A DNA stretch of 62,000 nucleotides from Lama guanicoe (lineage: Eukaryota), in contig MU054187.1 in NCBI GenBank assembly GCA_013239625.1, forward strand, positions 13,920,974-13,982,973, given 5' to 3'. The notes beneath the pieces were generated by a model. It was given only the letters and a program-made list of their open reading frames with translations. It was not told where the DNA came from and did not search any database. The position numbers and the translations under genes are program-made. Each line of letters opens with the position of its first letter. The stretch's first letter is position 1. Below are positions 26,490 through 39,030 of this stretch, one piece after another.

Positions 26490-27165
26490 TGCAGGTTCGA
26501 ATCCAGACTCCACTACTTACTTCTTCTGTGTCTCATATTCACCAGTGGTTGAATAGTGAGAGAGTAAGACCCAGGACAGAGAAAGTAAAACTCACCCTGG
26601 TAACAATCAGGCTGTGACACCAAATCAAGTCAGAGACTAAGTGAACACAAAGCAATGATTCTTCCAAGGTCAGCCACCAAATGTCTTACCCCTTTCTTTT
26701 TGAATAATTGCTGCTTTCTTATCAGTGGCTTCACCAGCCCCACTCTGTTCCTGGAAGAAGGTTACTGAGAGAGCCAATTGCTAAAACACCCTCACTCCTT
26801 AGCAGCAGCCAACTCAGAGCTAATCCCATCTCAAGGAATCAAGATCCAGAGATGATCCCCATTCGCGTTGGGGCCTCCTTAGAATTATTCAGCCAAGCTC
26901 AAATCCTACAAAAAGCCCCTCCCGACTCCCTCTTCTCAAGACTGTCCACAATTTCCCATGATGTGAATTCTCCCTTGTTGCAACAAGTTGAATAACTCTA
27001 CCTTATGGGACCAGAGGCATTTTCCTGATTGTCTTTATTGGATTGGATTTAATAAGGAGTAATATCATCCCCTTAAGGATGCTAAGAGAATTAAGTGAGA
27101 TACTGTATCTAAAGTGCTTCACAGTGATAGGTGTTACATAGTAGGCACTTAGTAAATGTCAGACT
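26490..27165 (+). mobile_element. MIR split by an LTR insertion
   Basis: 5' half GGTTCGAATCCAGACTCCCACTACTTAC (about 26490-26555); 3' half GAGAATTAAGTGAGATACTGTATCTAAAGTGCTT...TAGTAGGCACTTAGTAAATG (about 27050-27165). Confidence 0.7.
26557..27045 (+). mobile_element. Solo LTR, probably ERV1 class
   Basis: About 490 bp foreign to the flanking MIR halves; degenerate TATA-like CCTACAAAAAG followed by degenerate polyA region CAACAAGTTGAATAAC; subfamily not resolved. Confidence 0.55.
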
Positions 27166-27173
27166 CTTTTCTA

Positions 27174-27201
27174 ACATCATCATCATCAACATCATCATCA
27201 A

Positions 27202-27238
<37 letters not shown>

Positions 27239-27245
27239 TTTATCA
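27174..27245. repeat. (ATC)n trinucleotide microsatellite with AAC interruptions
   Basis: Directly visible; source of the poly-Ile and poly-Met ORFs. Confidence 0.95.
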
Positions 27246-29009
27246 TTGTAACACCCTCCTTACTGATGTCTGCCACCAACCTCTTCCCTCCCAGGCCACC
27301 CTGCATGGGGTTTCAAATTATTCTCATCTATTTATACCCTTATGTGAATTTCTCAGTGGCCCTCCACTGCTGACAAAGGAAGTCCAGATTCAGTCTGATA
27401 TCCAACCCCTGCTATATTGACAACAATGGCCTTTGTCTTTATATTGTTCTACAAAAAGCCTTCACTCCAGTTTTTTTCCTGGTTCTCAAATAGCTTACAT
27501 GTGCCTGTACACTTCTACTTAAGACAGATTCCCATCTTATAATGGCCTCCTGACTTCCTTTCCAACTCTCCAAATACTGCCCATCTTTTTTCAGCCCACT
27601 GCAAAGCCTTCCCCGTCCAGGAAGTACTCTCATTAAGCTCTCATCCCCTCTGAGCCACACAGGGCCTTGATGCTTATTCCATTAATTAAAATTATGACTA
27701 TAATGGAATATCATGATTCCATTAAAATCATATATTTCTTTGCATGGTTACTTTTCTCACAAATAACATTTTTATCTGGCTTGTAAGCCCACAGCAAATA
27801 CTGGATCATTTATCTCTTTTTATTACAAATACTTTTGTCATAAATAAATGATATATTTTGAATTAACAGCTTCACAAATCAATCTTTTCATTTCCCTGAA
27901 CAATATATTTCTTCCGTGAACTCTTTTCCAGTTAATTTGCACAATGAATTTGTCTAAATATGTGAGACTCCCAGGGTGGATTTCTCAAATATGTTCAAGG
28001 TGAGATTTTTCAATTCCAGACTTTCAAATAAATGCATAACTTGCACGCAGTTACTTACATCTCCTTTATCTATCTCTCTGTTGCAAAATTGTATCTTGAA
28101 ATGTTTGTCTGTATCTGACCTATGACTTTTTTTGCTCTGTGGTCTTGTCAACTTTTCAGTTCTCTTACTTTGTGAAATAGCATCATAGTGAATCTTGTGA
28201 TTATTTCTACCTCGAATTGTCCCCCTAAATTAAATTAATATTATTTTCTTTACCTCTTGAAGTTTTCAAAACTATTCAGCTTACCCTCTCTAAATACATT
28301 ATATTACCCTACTTTTGATTCCCTCTTTCAGATCAGTTTATAATAATCTTCCATTTCTCTTATTCTGACATTCAGACACAACCATCCTATTTTCCTTAAA
28401 TGTATTGGTTTTCCTAGTTTTTTCTCAACATTATCTCTTAACTTTGAGATACTCCTGCTACAAAGTCCAGACCATGTTTCCAATCTTATTCATCCTTTTC
28501 ATACAAGCCAAATATGTTCTTTTCTAATATTCTTAAAAAGAACTATAATCTACTAAGGTTTTATTATGTTATTCCTTAGCATGTTCTAATAACATTCTTT
28601 TCTTAGAGATTTAAATGCCCCTACCCACTGAATTAGGTTCGTATTTTCTTCCTCAAATTTCATTTCTCAAAACACAATATTCTCTAATAGACAAAACAAA
28701 GAAGTTAGTGATGTTGTCCTGTTATGACTTGTGTTTAACCATGAATATTCACTGAACCCTCCTATCCACATTCTCAATCCAGTGCCGAGAACTGTCATCG
28801 TGTCCCCTGTGGACTCATGATGGATGCTGTAAGGAGTGCTGAGTTTACCTGTGAAACCTCCTGATCGCATCTTAAAAAGTATTAAATAAATAGGTTGTAA
28901 TTAATGTTAACATGGCTAATGATTTGTCCTATTATTACTCTGTTCGTGTTCCAACACATGACTAACGTAGACCTATGCAGCACTGGGTGGGAGTAGGGAG
29001 ACAGCAAAT

Positions 29010-29110
29010 TCTGGTGTAAAGACCTAAGTTCAAGTCCTGGCTCCAACTCCTGATAGCCACATGACCTTGGATGACACTTAGCTGCTCTGAACTTCAGTTT
29101 TTGCTATAAA
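29010..29110 (+). mobile_element. MIR fragment
   Basis: AAGACCTAAGTTCAAGTCCTGGCTCC...TGACCTTGGATGACACTTAGCTGCTCTGAACTTCAGTTT. Confidence 0.75.
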
Positions 29111-29449
29111 GCAGAGCGACAGTAACTACACGGTAACGGCTGTTTATGTTTCACACAGAAGTGAAATATCAGAATTTACTAAAGAATTTGAAGCTAATGA
29201 TCTGTGTTTTCTGACATACTCATCCCAAGGAAGGTTCTACACTCTACTAAACTGATTACTCAGTTGAAACACACACACACCCTGAGCCCCACAGTGCATA
29301 GAACTGGAAAAACTAGACAATGATTAATTAAACATAGTCCCATTAAATTTACCTTCTGTAAGCAGTCACTGATATTTCTTTACAACAAAAGTAAAAAGCT
29401 GTTTCTTTGGAGCAAAAGTGAAAGGGAGAGAGAGAGAAAAGGCACCACG

Positions 29450-29950
29450 CACGTCATCCTTTCCTCTTGCTTCTTTCTTGGTCCCTCCCCTCATCCAATC
29501 AATTACCAAGGTGGCTGAGGTGGTTTTCACCACCTAAACATGTCTCACATGCACCTCCTTTCCTCTGTCTTCATCCCCACTGCACCCACCGTCTCCTAGG
29601 CTACTGCACCAGCCTGGCAGCCAGTCTTACTACACCATTTTTGTCCCCACTCCAACCTATTTGCTAATCTGACAATGTCCCCATCCTCTTTGGAACTCCC
29701 TGGTGACTTCCAGGTCATTGTAAAGGGCCTTTCTTCAGGGAATAGCTGTATGTGCCTGTGTCTGCTGCCCTTTCTCATTTAACAAGACTGGTAGTTTTGC
29801 CTTTATGGAACTTGTCATATTCTGTATTATTTGCTGGTTAACCGTGCATTTGCCTTATGTTGCCTTACAGTCCCTCACTTCTGGTGAGTTTAGGGAGGGC
29901 CAGTGTCACATACATGCCAAGTGTCTGGTATCTATGTGTTCAATGACATG
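29450..29950 (+). mobile_element. L2 fragment
   Basis: CATCCAATCAATTACCAAG...CATCCCCACTGC...GCTACTGCACCAGCCT, sense L2 pattern. Confidence 0.7.
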
Positions 29951-30079
29951 ACAATCTAGTTGCAAAGACAAGACACAGACGTGAAAGAGTAGAGAACAAG
30001 TTCAGGGCAATATTTACTGATTCTGTGCTGTATACAGTGTTGTGTGGGGCATTCTTATCTTACTTGGGAAGAAGCAAGC

Positions 30080-30665
30080 CCAGCCAGCATCTCTGCTTCC
30101 CTTCGCTCCACCTCTACCACCCAAGTCCGAGCACCATCATTTATCATTCGGACAATTCAGTCTCTCTGATCACCCTGCCCCCTACCTTCTACTCGGTTCA
30201 TCTTCAGTAACAGCCACAATGATCTTATAAGTGACTATAAATCAGATTACATCACTTCACTGTTTAAAACTCTTTAATGGTTTTCTATCAAACCTAGGAC
30301 AAAATCCAAACTTAGTAGAAGATCCTCCAAAATCAGGCACCTTTTTCGTTCTCTGACCTCTAGCGCTTCTGTGTAGTGGAGATGGTCTTTGCCAGGATCT
30401 TCCCAAGTTCTAGATCCTTCACGTCATTTTCACATCTCACTGTAAATGCCACCACCTCATTTTCTCGGCCACCTAAAGACTGTGGAATATTTATTTATGC
30501 ATGCATGATCTGTCTTCCACTGTGGCCCTCACCAGCTTGCTGGAAAATGTCCATATGTTCCAGCACTGGTTTCCCAGGGCCTAGAACAGTATCTGTTCCA
30601 GCACTGGTTTCCCAGGGCCTAGAACAGTGCCTGGCTCCTACAGAGCAGATGGGTGTGTTTGGTCG
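30080..30665 (+). mobile_element. L2 3' region containing a 38-bp tandem duplication
   Basis: TAAATCAGATTACATCACTTCACTGTTTAAAACTCTTTAATGG...CCCAGGGCCTAGAACAGTGCCTGGC. Confidence 0.8.
30553..30628. repeat. Two-copy 38-bp tandem duplication
   Basis: TGTTCCAGCACTGGTTTCCCAGGGCCTAGAACAGT identical at 30556-30590 and 30594-30628. Confidence 0.95.
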
Positions 30666-31214
30666 CTTCATGATCACTCCCTCAAATCCTGAGCAAAGTC
30701 TTTTTGCAAATCCTTCATCTCCACTTGCATGAACGTGCTCTCTCCTTCATAAGGCATCTCTATAACTTAGGAACCTCTTTCATACCCTCTGTTTGCTCAA
30801 CACTTATGATCCAGCAGATAGCCAGAAAGAGAAAGCCACCGTGAGTCATGCTGTGCAATTTTGAGTACCTTGAGAGAGGTGATATTTTTCACCATGTCAG
30901 CTGCAGTTCTTTGCAAGTGCTTCCCTGTTGCCATGGAAAAGCCTTTATGAAGCAAATCCAGCCAAAGCGAAACAAGTTCTCCACGGCTCCTAAAGCCTCT
31001 GCACGGTCACCGTCCCCCAAGTGGGTTCAGCAAAGGACTTGCTCATGGCAGGCCCCCGTCAACGCCGAGCTGAGTGAAACGGACTTGGGGCTTTGATGCC
31101 TATAATTGCTTCCAAGCTTCCAAGTTTCCAGGATTTCAGATAAAAGATTTGGGATATTCTTTGTTGGAAACTAGATTCTCTAGAGGCCAACACCTGTCAT
31201 TTTTTTCTACCCAT

Positions 31215-31410
31215 AATAATAATCAGAGCTCACAGTTAGTAAGCACGTACTTTCATTGTGTCATTTGATGCTAAATCAAGGTGGCAGATACTGTAATTAG
31301 TCCCATTTTACAAATGAAGAAGTCGAGGCTCAAAGAAGGTAAGTAAATTATCTCGGGTGACAATGGAGAACACAATTGTAAGACCAGACCTCAACCCGGA
31401 TGTCGCCCTG
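31215..31410 (-). mobile_element. MIR
   Basis: CCCATTTTACAAATGAAGAAGTCGAGGCTCAAAGAAGGTAAGTAA, reverse MIR core. Confidence 0.85.
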
Positions 31411-31962
31411 GGGGCCACTGGCTTCACTTTTACTTCTTGGGGTTTTCCATGAAACCTACACCAGTCCTGCAAGGCCCCGCACACAGGAGCCCCCATCTTG
31501 TAGCTGGTGGTGGTTCATAATCCAAATACAGTGATATTTTTTGTCTCCTGCTGTCCCTTTGAACTCTGTGCAACATAAGTAATATTCCTCTTCTCCATGG
31601 ACCCTATTGCTTTTCTGCTCCATCAGAGGTAGCCACTTTGTGTGGCGGGCTTAATTGAGACCTGGGAATGTAGGGTATAAGGTACGTCGAAACATAGAAG
31701 TCACTTGAAGCTACTCTCGGTGCTTGGCTTGCTCTGGGCCACCTTGGCCCCACCCTTTCTTGTGTCCATCACCCTGGGGTGGAGAGAGAGGCAAGGATTC
31801 CCCTACTCAAGACAGTTCTTACTTGGACCGGCTCCCTTGCACACTGGCCCCTTGCTTCCTGGCCTGGCAGACGCTTAAAAGCTGACTCTCCCACACTGTT
31901 TGTCCATGACTCTTTGGACCCCTGCTGGATTCTCCTGCCCTCTTCCCTCGCCCTCCCACAAT

Positions 31963-32252
31963 TCTTTATCAGATATATCTTTGAAAATATTTTCTCCTAT
32001 TCCACGGATTGTCTTTTCACTCTGTTGAGAGGATCCTTTGATACACAAAAGTTTTTAATTTTGAAGTAGTCCAACGCATCTATTTTTTTTTTCCCTTTGG
32101 GTTGCCAGAGCTTTTGGTGTCATATCCAAGAGGTCATTACCAAACCCAATGTCACCAAGCTTTCCACTATGTTTTCTTCTATCGGTTTTATAATTTTAGT
32201 TCTCATTTCTAGGTCTTGATCCATTTTGAATTAATTTTTACATATGGTGTAA
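31963..32252 (-). mobile_element. L1 (L1MA/L1MB-like) internal ORF2 fragment
   Basis: CTTTATCAGATATATCTTTGAAAATATTTTCTCC...CTTTTGGTGTCATATCCAAGA...GATCCATTTTGAATTAATTTTT. Confidence 0.9.
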
Positions 32253-32579
32253 TGCATCTGACTCTCTTTTCAAGGTTTTGACTTGCTATGGATTCTGGCA
32301 TCATGGATTTTCTTTGGAAATCTCATATGCAAATTTTTCTAACACTTACTTTGTATCCAGTATTTATCATATTGGTAGTTCAGTCAAAGCTGAGTCAGGA
32401 TGCATCTGATTCTAACATCTGCATGATAGGAGTACCAGAACTAGAAACTGCAACTTATCAGCTGTTCCCCAGTTGGATTCCCTGTAGCACAGATCCAACT
32501 AGGGCAGCAGCTGCATGTTGGAGTTTCCCACCCTAACAAAATTAAAAACAGAGTAAAAATTTTTGATATCTATGAACAA

Positions 32580-32880
32580 TAAGGAAAGGCAAAAAGAGTT
32601 ATTCCACTTGGAGAAGAGAAGAGTAAGGAGTGATAAGAATAGTTTTCAAGCATATGACAAGGGTTGCAGACAGCTGTTCCCTTACTTCACTGAGGAAACA
32701 ATGAAAGGAAATAAGTTTAAATTATAGCATGAGGGATTAATTTAGATATTTCCTGAGAATGTGTATCTAGGTTACCATGGATGGCAAGTCTCTCTTTAGA
32801 GATTTTCATCTTTAAAGAAAATAGAAGACTGAATGGGGATCGGGTCGAAGTAAATGACTCCTTAAAGTCTCTTCCCATTG
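32580..32880 (+). mobile_element. L3/CR1 LINE 3' end
   Basis: TGGAGAAGAGAAGAGTAAGG...TTTTCAAGCATATGA...GGAAATAAGTTTAAATTATAGCA...ATGACTCCTTAAAGTCTCTTCC. Confidence 0.75.
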
Positions 32881-33394
32881 GGAAATGATATTACAGGAAA
32901 AATTAATAAGGAATTAATTTCCTTATCTGACTAGTCAGTAAGTAATTTTGAACACTAAGTTCAAACCCAAAGTGTTCTCAGCTATAACTACCACATGTTA
33001 CTGCCTAGTCCCTTTTTTCAATTTCTGTGCCATTTATGATAGCTAAATGTAAACAACAATAATAGTTACATAGAATCTTTATGTTACTTTCGCTTTTTCC
33101 TTCTCTGCTGTATTTGTTTTATATTTGAATGTTGAATGTTGCAGAGAAAGGATCAGACAGCATTAAACATTTCTTTGCTATCATGGGCACCTTTGGGCTG
33201 ACCACTGTACTGAAAGGAAACTGGCTTGAATATCTGTAACATCAGATAATTCCAGAATCAGTTTGGTTTTGGAATATATCATCTGACCAGGGAAAGACTG
33301 ACCTTCTTATGATAGCTGAAGGGAAGGGAGGCTGGCTATTAGTAAATTTAGTTTGCATCTTTTGCTCAGGAGGAGAGAGGTGAAGGGAGAAGTA

Positions 33395-34100
33395 CCTTGG
33401 ATGTGTCTTGGGAACTCAACTTGACATTGAGATTTTTTTCCCCACAGTTGATCCATTAAATAATCAATGTATGAGCTGACCTCATAACGTTAACACTCCT
33501 AGGCTCTTTTTCTCCCCCTAATGAATTCAAGGTACATCCACCTAGGTTACACTTGGAATGTTTGCTTCCCAGTCCATGCACAGCAATTGCTGAGTGATTA
33601 TTACTTCCTTCCTAATGCAGAAAGTGAACTTCTCAGATGTTGCAGAGTTATAGTTGTCTTTTCCCCAGAAGCTCATCCCTGGCTCTGACCTCTGCCTGCC
33701 TATCTGGGCTTATTTCCTCCCACTTCCTGCCCTCTGTCTCTGCCCCAACTTCTTTCCCAGACCTAAGTCTTCCACGCCAGCCATGCCGCATTATGTATCT
33801 CCTTTCTGGACATGCCATGCGCTCCGTATGGCCGTCCCTTTGCCCTGAACGTGTAGTGGTTCTGTCCTTCAAGTGTCTTTGAAGTCTTCTGCCTCTCCCG
33901 CTGAACCCAGGCTGAAAGACATTTTTTCACAGCACCAGGGTGTTCCCTATCATGGAACTGTAGACCTCGTAGTCATCCACCAATGTCTCATTCCCAGCAT
34001 TCTCTCCCTCTAAGCTTCTCAATGGAAGGGATATGACATGCTCATCCTTGGAACCCTTGCATCCAGCATATAAATGTTTGTGGTGATTAAATGAATAAAT
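33395..34100 (+). mobile_element. L2 3' region, degenerate
   Basis: Pyrimidine-rich sense L2 pattern from CTTGGATGTGTCTTGGGAACTCAA to TAAGCTTCTCAATGGAAGGGA...TAAATGTTTG...AAATGAATAAAT. Confidence 0.6.
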
Positions 34101-34374
34101 TACTATCCCAACAGTAACTAGCATTTCTAAAGCATTTAAACAGGTATTGATAGTTGTTGGATTTTTTTTTAATCCAGGAAATCAGATCTACCCTTCAAAA
34201 TACATCATAGATCATTTAAACGTATATTCTCTTCCATGATGGAAAATTCCATCCAAGCATTTCCTTAGCCATGACCTTAAAAGAAATGAGTAAGTTAAGG
34301 ACAAATGAGAAAAAGACCTTTCTTAATTGCTACACCAGCATGCAAGAGTTGTGAAGAGATCCTAACTGCCAAAT

Positions 34375-34510
34375 TTTTTATTCATTCACTTAGTCATTCA
34401 GCAAACATTTGTGAATGCCTCCTTGATATTTATAAATAGGTTACGGTACCAAATGCTAGAGATACAAGCCTGAGAAAGGCCTCATTTCTTCCCTAGGGAA
34501 GCTCATTCTA
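34375..34510 (-). mobile_element. L2 3' tail
   Basis: TTCATTCACTTAGTCATTCAGCAAACATTTGTGAATGCCT. Confidence 0.7.
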
Positions 34511-36029
34511 TGTTCTGTGCGTTCAAATTCCAGTGAATATTATCCTTTCTTCCATAAAATATCTTGTTAATTGCAACCATATAGAAAAAAGAAAAAGGTT
34601 GACATGAGGAGCAATGTGAAATATGTGAGGGGAGAACAAGGTCAAAAACTACAAGTTCATTTGTAACCAATTTTCTCTTGTGAACTCAGCTCAAATACTG
34701 ATGGTTGAAAAAATAAAATCCAATTATATTCATGACCTTATATTATTAGTGTCTTGTTAAATAATGTGCTGTGAACATATGGGAAAATAACCTAATCTTT
34801 ACAGTATTTCAGTACAGTTTTCTCTTTGGTCTAATATCCTGAGTACTTGGGTTGTAACAGTAATAAGTATCGTAGAAGTACTTACGCATACTTTCATCAG
34901 TAAGAAATAGATTAATGTCCATGCTTTGAGGCCATTTATCATATGGCCCTAACAGAGAAGTTGGAAGGAGTTCCTGGATTTCTTTTAATGTGCGTATTTG
35001 ATTAGAGCAACTCTCCTGATCTCACAGGATTTCGTTTGAGAGAGCACAGATTTGCGCCTGCAGGGTTTCAGTGTTTATCCAATCTTAAAACCCTGGACAT
35101 GTTACAAAACAGCACATGGGCTTCCATCTGTTTGCTCTTTCTATGGATCTATTTTTTGGAAGGATTGAAAAGATTTATTATGCTAAAAATATATTCTATT
35201 CTATAGTTTTCAAGCCAAGCCAGGATCATTCATTTTCCAAATCCTCTAAGAATGAGGATGCTATATTCACCCATTCTCTAATCCTTTAAACCTAGAAAGT
35301 CCCTAGTGCTACTTAAGCAGAAGTCCCGAAGTAAGACAGAAACTAGCAGTAATACTGGTGCCTCTTCTTTTCCAGCACTGAGAGAAAGCCTAACATTTTA
35401 GATAGTTTGAAAATAGCCCTTTATGTTTCTTATTTCTGCCTTATTCAGACCACTATAATATTATTAAACATAAATGCCTGGGTGCTGTACCTGCCCGCTC
35501 TCATTGTCTCCAGGGTGATGTTACGTTTCTCTGTTGGACTCCAATTCTGAGACCCCTCCAGGCACGCTTCCTCCCATGACTCATTGTAATTTCATTTGCT
35601 TCATCATGGCTCTGCCCAGAGAAAATTCTGAATATCTACCTCCAAAGACTAAGTCGTATCTGTTGAAAAGTGAAGAGTCAAGTCAGTAATTTATTTTAGA
35701 TAATACTGCCCAGAAGTATTCCCCAAATTTTAAAAATGTTGGAGGCCTGAATTATTGTCCTGAGGATAGTCTTACATTATTATATACATGGAGATATTCA
35801 CCAAATATGCTACCATTTAACCAAATTCAGTAATTATCCAGCTCTCCACATTACTTTGGAAATGCAGCCTAGACTACAGAAACAACTTCATTAGTAAATG
35901 GTAGCTAGACTGGGTACAATTGAAATCTTCAGAATGAATAGAAATCTACTAGTATTTCCAGAATTGTGGTCTTTGCTGCAGTGCCAAAACAGCCTCTGTG
36001 TAAAGGGGATACAGAATGAATAATAATTG

Positions 36030-36260
36030 AGAGGGAGTTAACATTTGCATAGTTCTTCAAAGAAATTTATTTTAAAAAAGTTTTTTCTTAAACTCTCAGC
36101 ACAACTCTATAAGGAAGATCTTGTTTTTACCATCTCACATATGGGGAAAGTAGGAATTACAGAAATGAGGTAACTTGCCTCAGGTCACAGTATACATTGA
36201 TGAGTCAGAAATGCAATCCAGGTTTGGCACTTCTAAATTGCACACTTTTTCTACTAGCTA
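36030..36260 (-). mobile_element. MIR
   Basis: CACAACTCTATAAGG...GGTAACTTGCCTCAGGTCACAG...AATCCAGGTTTG. Confidence 0.8.
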
Positions 36261-37769
36261 CAGTTCCAATATTAGCTTTTAATATGTTATGCTATTTGGC
36301 TTTGTAAACTTTTTTCCAGGCCTTGATGATTTAAAATAAATAAAACAAAAATACTGAACCTTTTTGAAATTAAAACATCCAAATGATCCTTTTGTATGAC
36401 TGGCTTTTGTGACCTTTGATATGAACATCCTTATATGAATTCTGAGAGACAGAAGGTGAAAAATTTGGTCAGGAATTCTTATTCTTTGAAGGGGTAAAAT
36501 GGGAGTAGGAAGCGAAAGAGAGATGGGGGAAAAAAAAACTGTTGTCAAAAAAAAACAACAAAAACTGGTTATTCCATAATTAGTTGCCAAAAATTGCTAC
36601 TGTCTGTCAATGGAGAATATCCAGTGTTCTTCAAAATCACATCTCTTCTGTTTTTCACTATTTCTTCTGCTTTTAGTGTAACACAACCCACTTCATCATA
36701 GTCTCCTTGCCTTCTTAGGACATACTCCCACACATGTTGCTGTAACACTAGAAATTCTTAGAGCTGAAAAACGTCTTCATTGATATTTGGCAAAAAGAAA
36801 GCGAGGGAGGAAGGGGAGGGGTCCTCAATCTTCCTGTTCAGGAGCTAACCAAAAATATAGGTTATCATACCATGTGGAAATACGCTCACTCACCCAAGGG
36901 CGCTCGTAAGATGCACGGATCCAAAGAGAACTGTATAGGGCCATTCAAAACCTATCTGAATGCTAATTCACAATGGAAAAAAAGGACCCCTGGGTCATGA
37001 TATACTGAACAGAACAAGCCAACCAATCCCTTGCCCATGCAAGAACTATTTAAATTCTCATTCCACTCATTTCAGAAGTGAATGAGTTCCACTGCTTCCG
37101 TGTTTCATTTATTCTCCTAAATCTTGGTGCCTGGTAATTTTACATGTTAATATCTTCTGATTCTCTGTCATGGTTTATGGACTGCTTTTCGCTCTGTGTG
37201 CTTGGGCAGGCATGCAAGCCTCTGTCCTCCCATGGCTTACACCACAGCTGAGAACCAGCACCTGGTCTCTCAGTTCATGCTTCGGACACCGTTTTAATTT
37301 CACCCAGGCAGCATCTTTGGTGTCTTTGTGATGATGCGAGAAAGAAAGCAGTGAAAATTTGAGTGAAAGCAATGAAACTCAGGGCCTCATAGTCCAGTCT
37401 TCATTTGGAGAAGGGTGGGGATTGAGATATTCTGTGACTTCAAATGAAATCCTCAGGCTTGCCTAAGCTTTAGCTCAAATCTAGAGCCATTTGGGTTTGA
37501 ATTTCAAGCAATTTCTGTTTTGCTCTCCTTATATATGAATACCATAAAATAAGCATCAATTTTAAATAGAGTAGAAACTCTCTTAACCTTCTTCTGCTCT
37601 AACAACTCATTGGATTGTGACTATTCCATTGCCCCTTAATAGTCATGCTGACTGAGGTGCATGACAAGCCACATCCTCAGCTTATGAGCCACTGTAGTAT
37701 GATCTTTCCCACATACCCCCACAGCGTGAGCAGTATACTCACTAGGAGTTAAACAAAGGACTTTATCAA

Positions 37770-38070
37770 CTGTCCATTCACCACAATAGCAATAGCCAAG
37801 GTATCAGCATTTTCTTACCCTTGTTTCCCTAGGCCTAGTTCTTTCAAGGTGATGCAAAGAAGGCCAGGTGACACCTGGATTGTATTACAGGAGAGGAACC
37901 TGAGGTTTAAGGAGCCAAAACCTTATATAATGCAAACTTATCCTTTGTTTTAAGGGAGATGCTAGCTCTGTCTTCCAAGGCTATTTGCTATCCAGACATC
38001 TTTGGGGAAATGGTCCAAAACAAAGGCAGCTCATAGACGTGGAGAAACTCCAGAGACCCTTGGAGAATTG
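37770..38070 (-). mobile_element. ERV1-class LTR fragment (MER-type)
   Basis: GGAGAGGAACCTGAG...AGGGAGATGCTAGCTCTGTCTTCCAAGGCTATTTGCTATCCAGACATC resembles recalled antisense ERV1 MER LTRs; subfamily uncertain. Confidence 0.55.
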
Positions 38071-38199
38071 TTTCCCAAGGTAGAGGAGAAGTTAAGTGGA
38101 AGGGGAAATATCGATCATCATAAAAGATAAATAATGGTAAAGTTCTAGAAGGAGTTGGAAAAGCTAGAATCAAGAGTGTTGATTTGGAAAGAAGAAATT

Positions 38200-39030
38200 G
38201 TTTATAACCGGAATAGGAGAGAGCTAGAAAAGAATGGGTGCATTATGGTAAAACATTAAAGAAGAGAGGTGGAAAGTTGTAGGAACTTTGATCAGAATGC
38301 CCTTTTCTTTTGGAAGAAGGAACAAATGAGGTCAACTGTGAAGATCTACCAGGATGGTTCAGAGTGGGGAGGAGGGGAGGTGATTGGGAGAAGATAGGAA
38401 AGAGTTTCATAAGCTTTAGGTAGCTATTGTGGGCCAGATGATGTGCTGTCTACAAAGAATGGATAAGAGGACCCCTGGAAGAGGTGAGGTCCAGCTGTGG
38501 AGAGAGAGACTGTGTGACTCCTCAGTGAGGCAGATGAGAACCATTTGTGCCTTTGACCTGTATCTCTTTGTTCTGTGAAAGCTGATATAGCAGAAACAAA
38601 TGTTAGAACCTTTTTCAGACTGCAGATAACAGAAGGTCTAGGCAGTTTGGAACTCTAAGTTACTGACGTCTTTGACTGTAGGGTTCAGACCTGGGAAACA
38701 AAATAAAGCTAAAAGGGGGCTGATGGACTGGAGTGGGGACTGGAGGGGAGGGGAGGAAGTTTATCATTAAATCAAAAGTAGTGCTGAAGGCAAGGAGCTG
38801 TCCAGCAGAAGTGTGGAAGAACAAGAGCCAGAAGGTAAAAATGTGGTTGCAGGGGAAAAGTGTGAACTTTGGAAGAGGAGCAATTCTAAATGAAAAGAGG
38901 ACTTAGAATTGGCTGGCTGACATGGAGCTCAGAGGAAACCCTCTAGGGATGACATTAAGGAGCTATGTGGTGAGGAGGAGAATCAATCAATCGAGTCGTG
39001 ATGAAGGCAGGACAACAAAGGTATCCACCA
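38200..39030 (-). mobile_element. L2 ORF2 fragment
   Basis: Strongly purine-rich top strand with antisense L2-like blocks (GATGACATTAAGGAGCT...GTATCCACCACC). Confidence 0.5.

Noticed and set aside
27109..27373. Poly-Met and poly-Ile ORFs
   Set aside because: Both are translations of the (ATC)n microsatellite
30553..30628. CRISPR-like 35-bp direct repeats
   Set aside because: Only two copies, 3-nt gap, inside a mammalian L2; a simple tandem duplication
34866..34894. Short imperfect hairpin AAGTATCGTAG...CTTACGCATACTT
   Set aside because: Too short and imperfect to distinguish from chance
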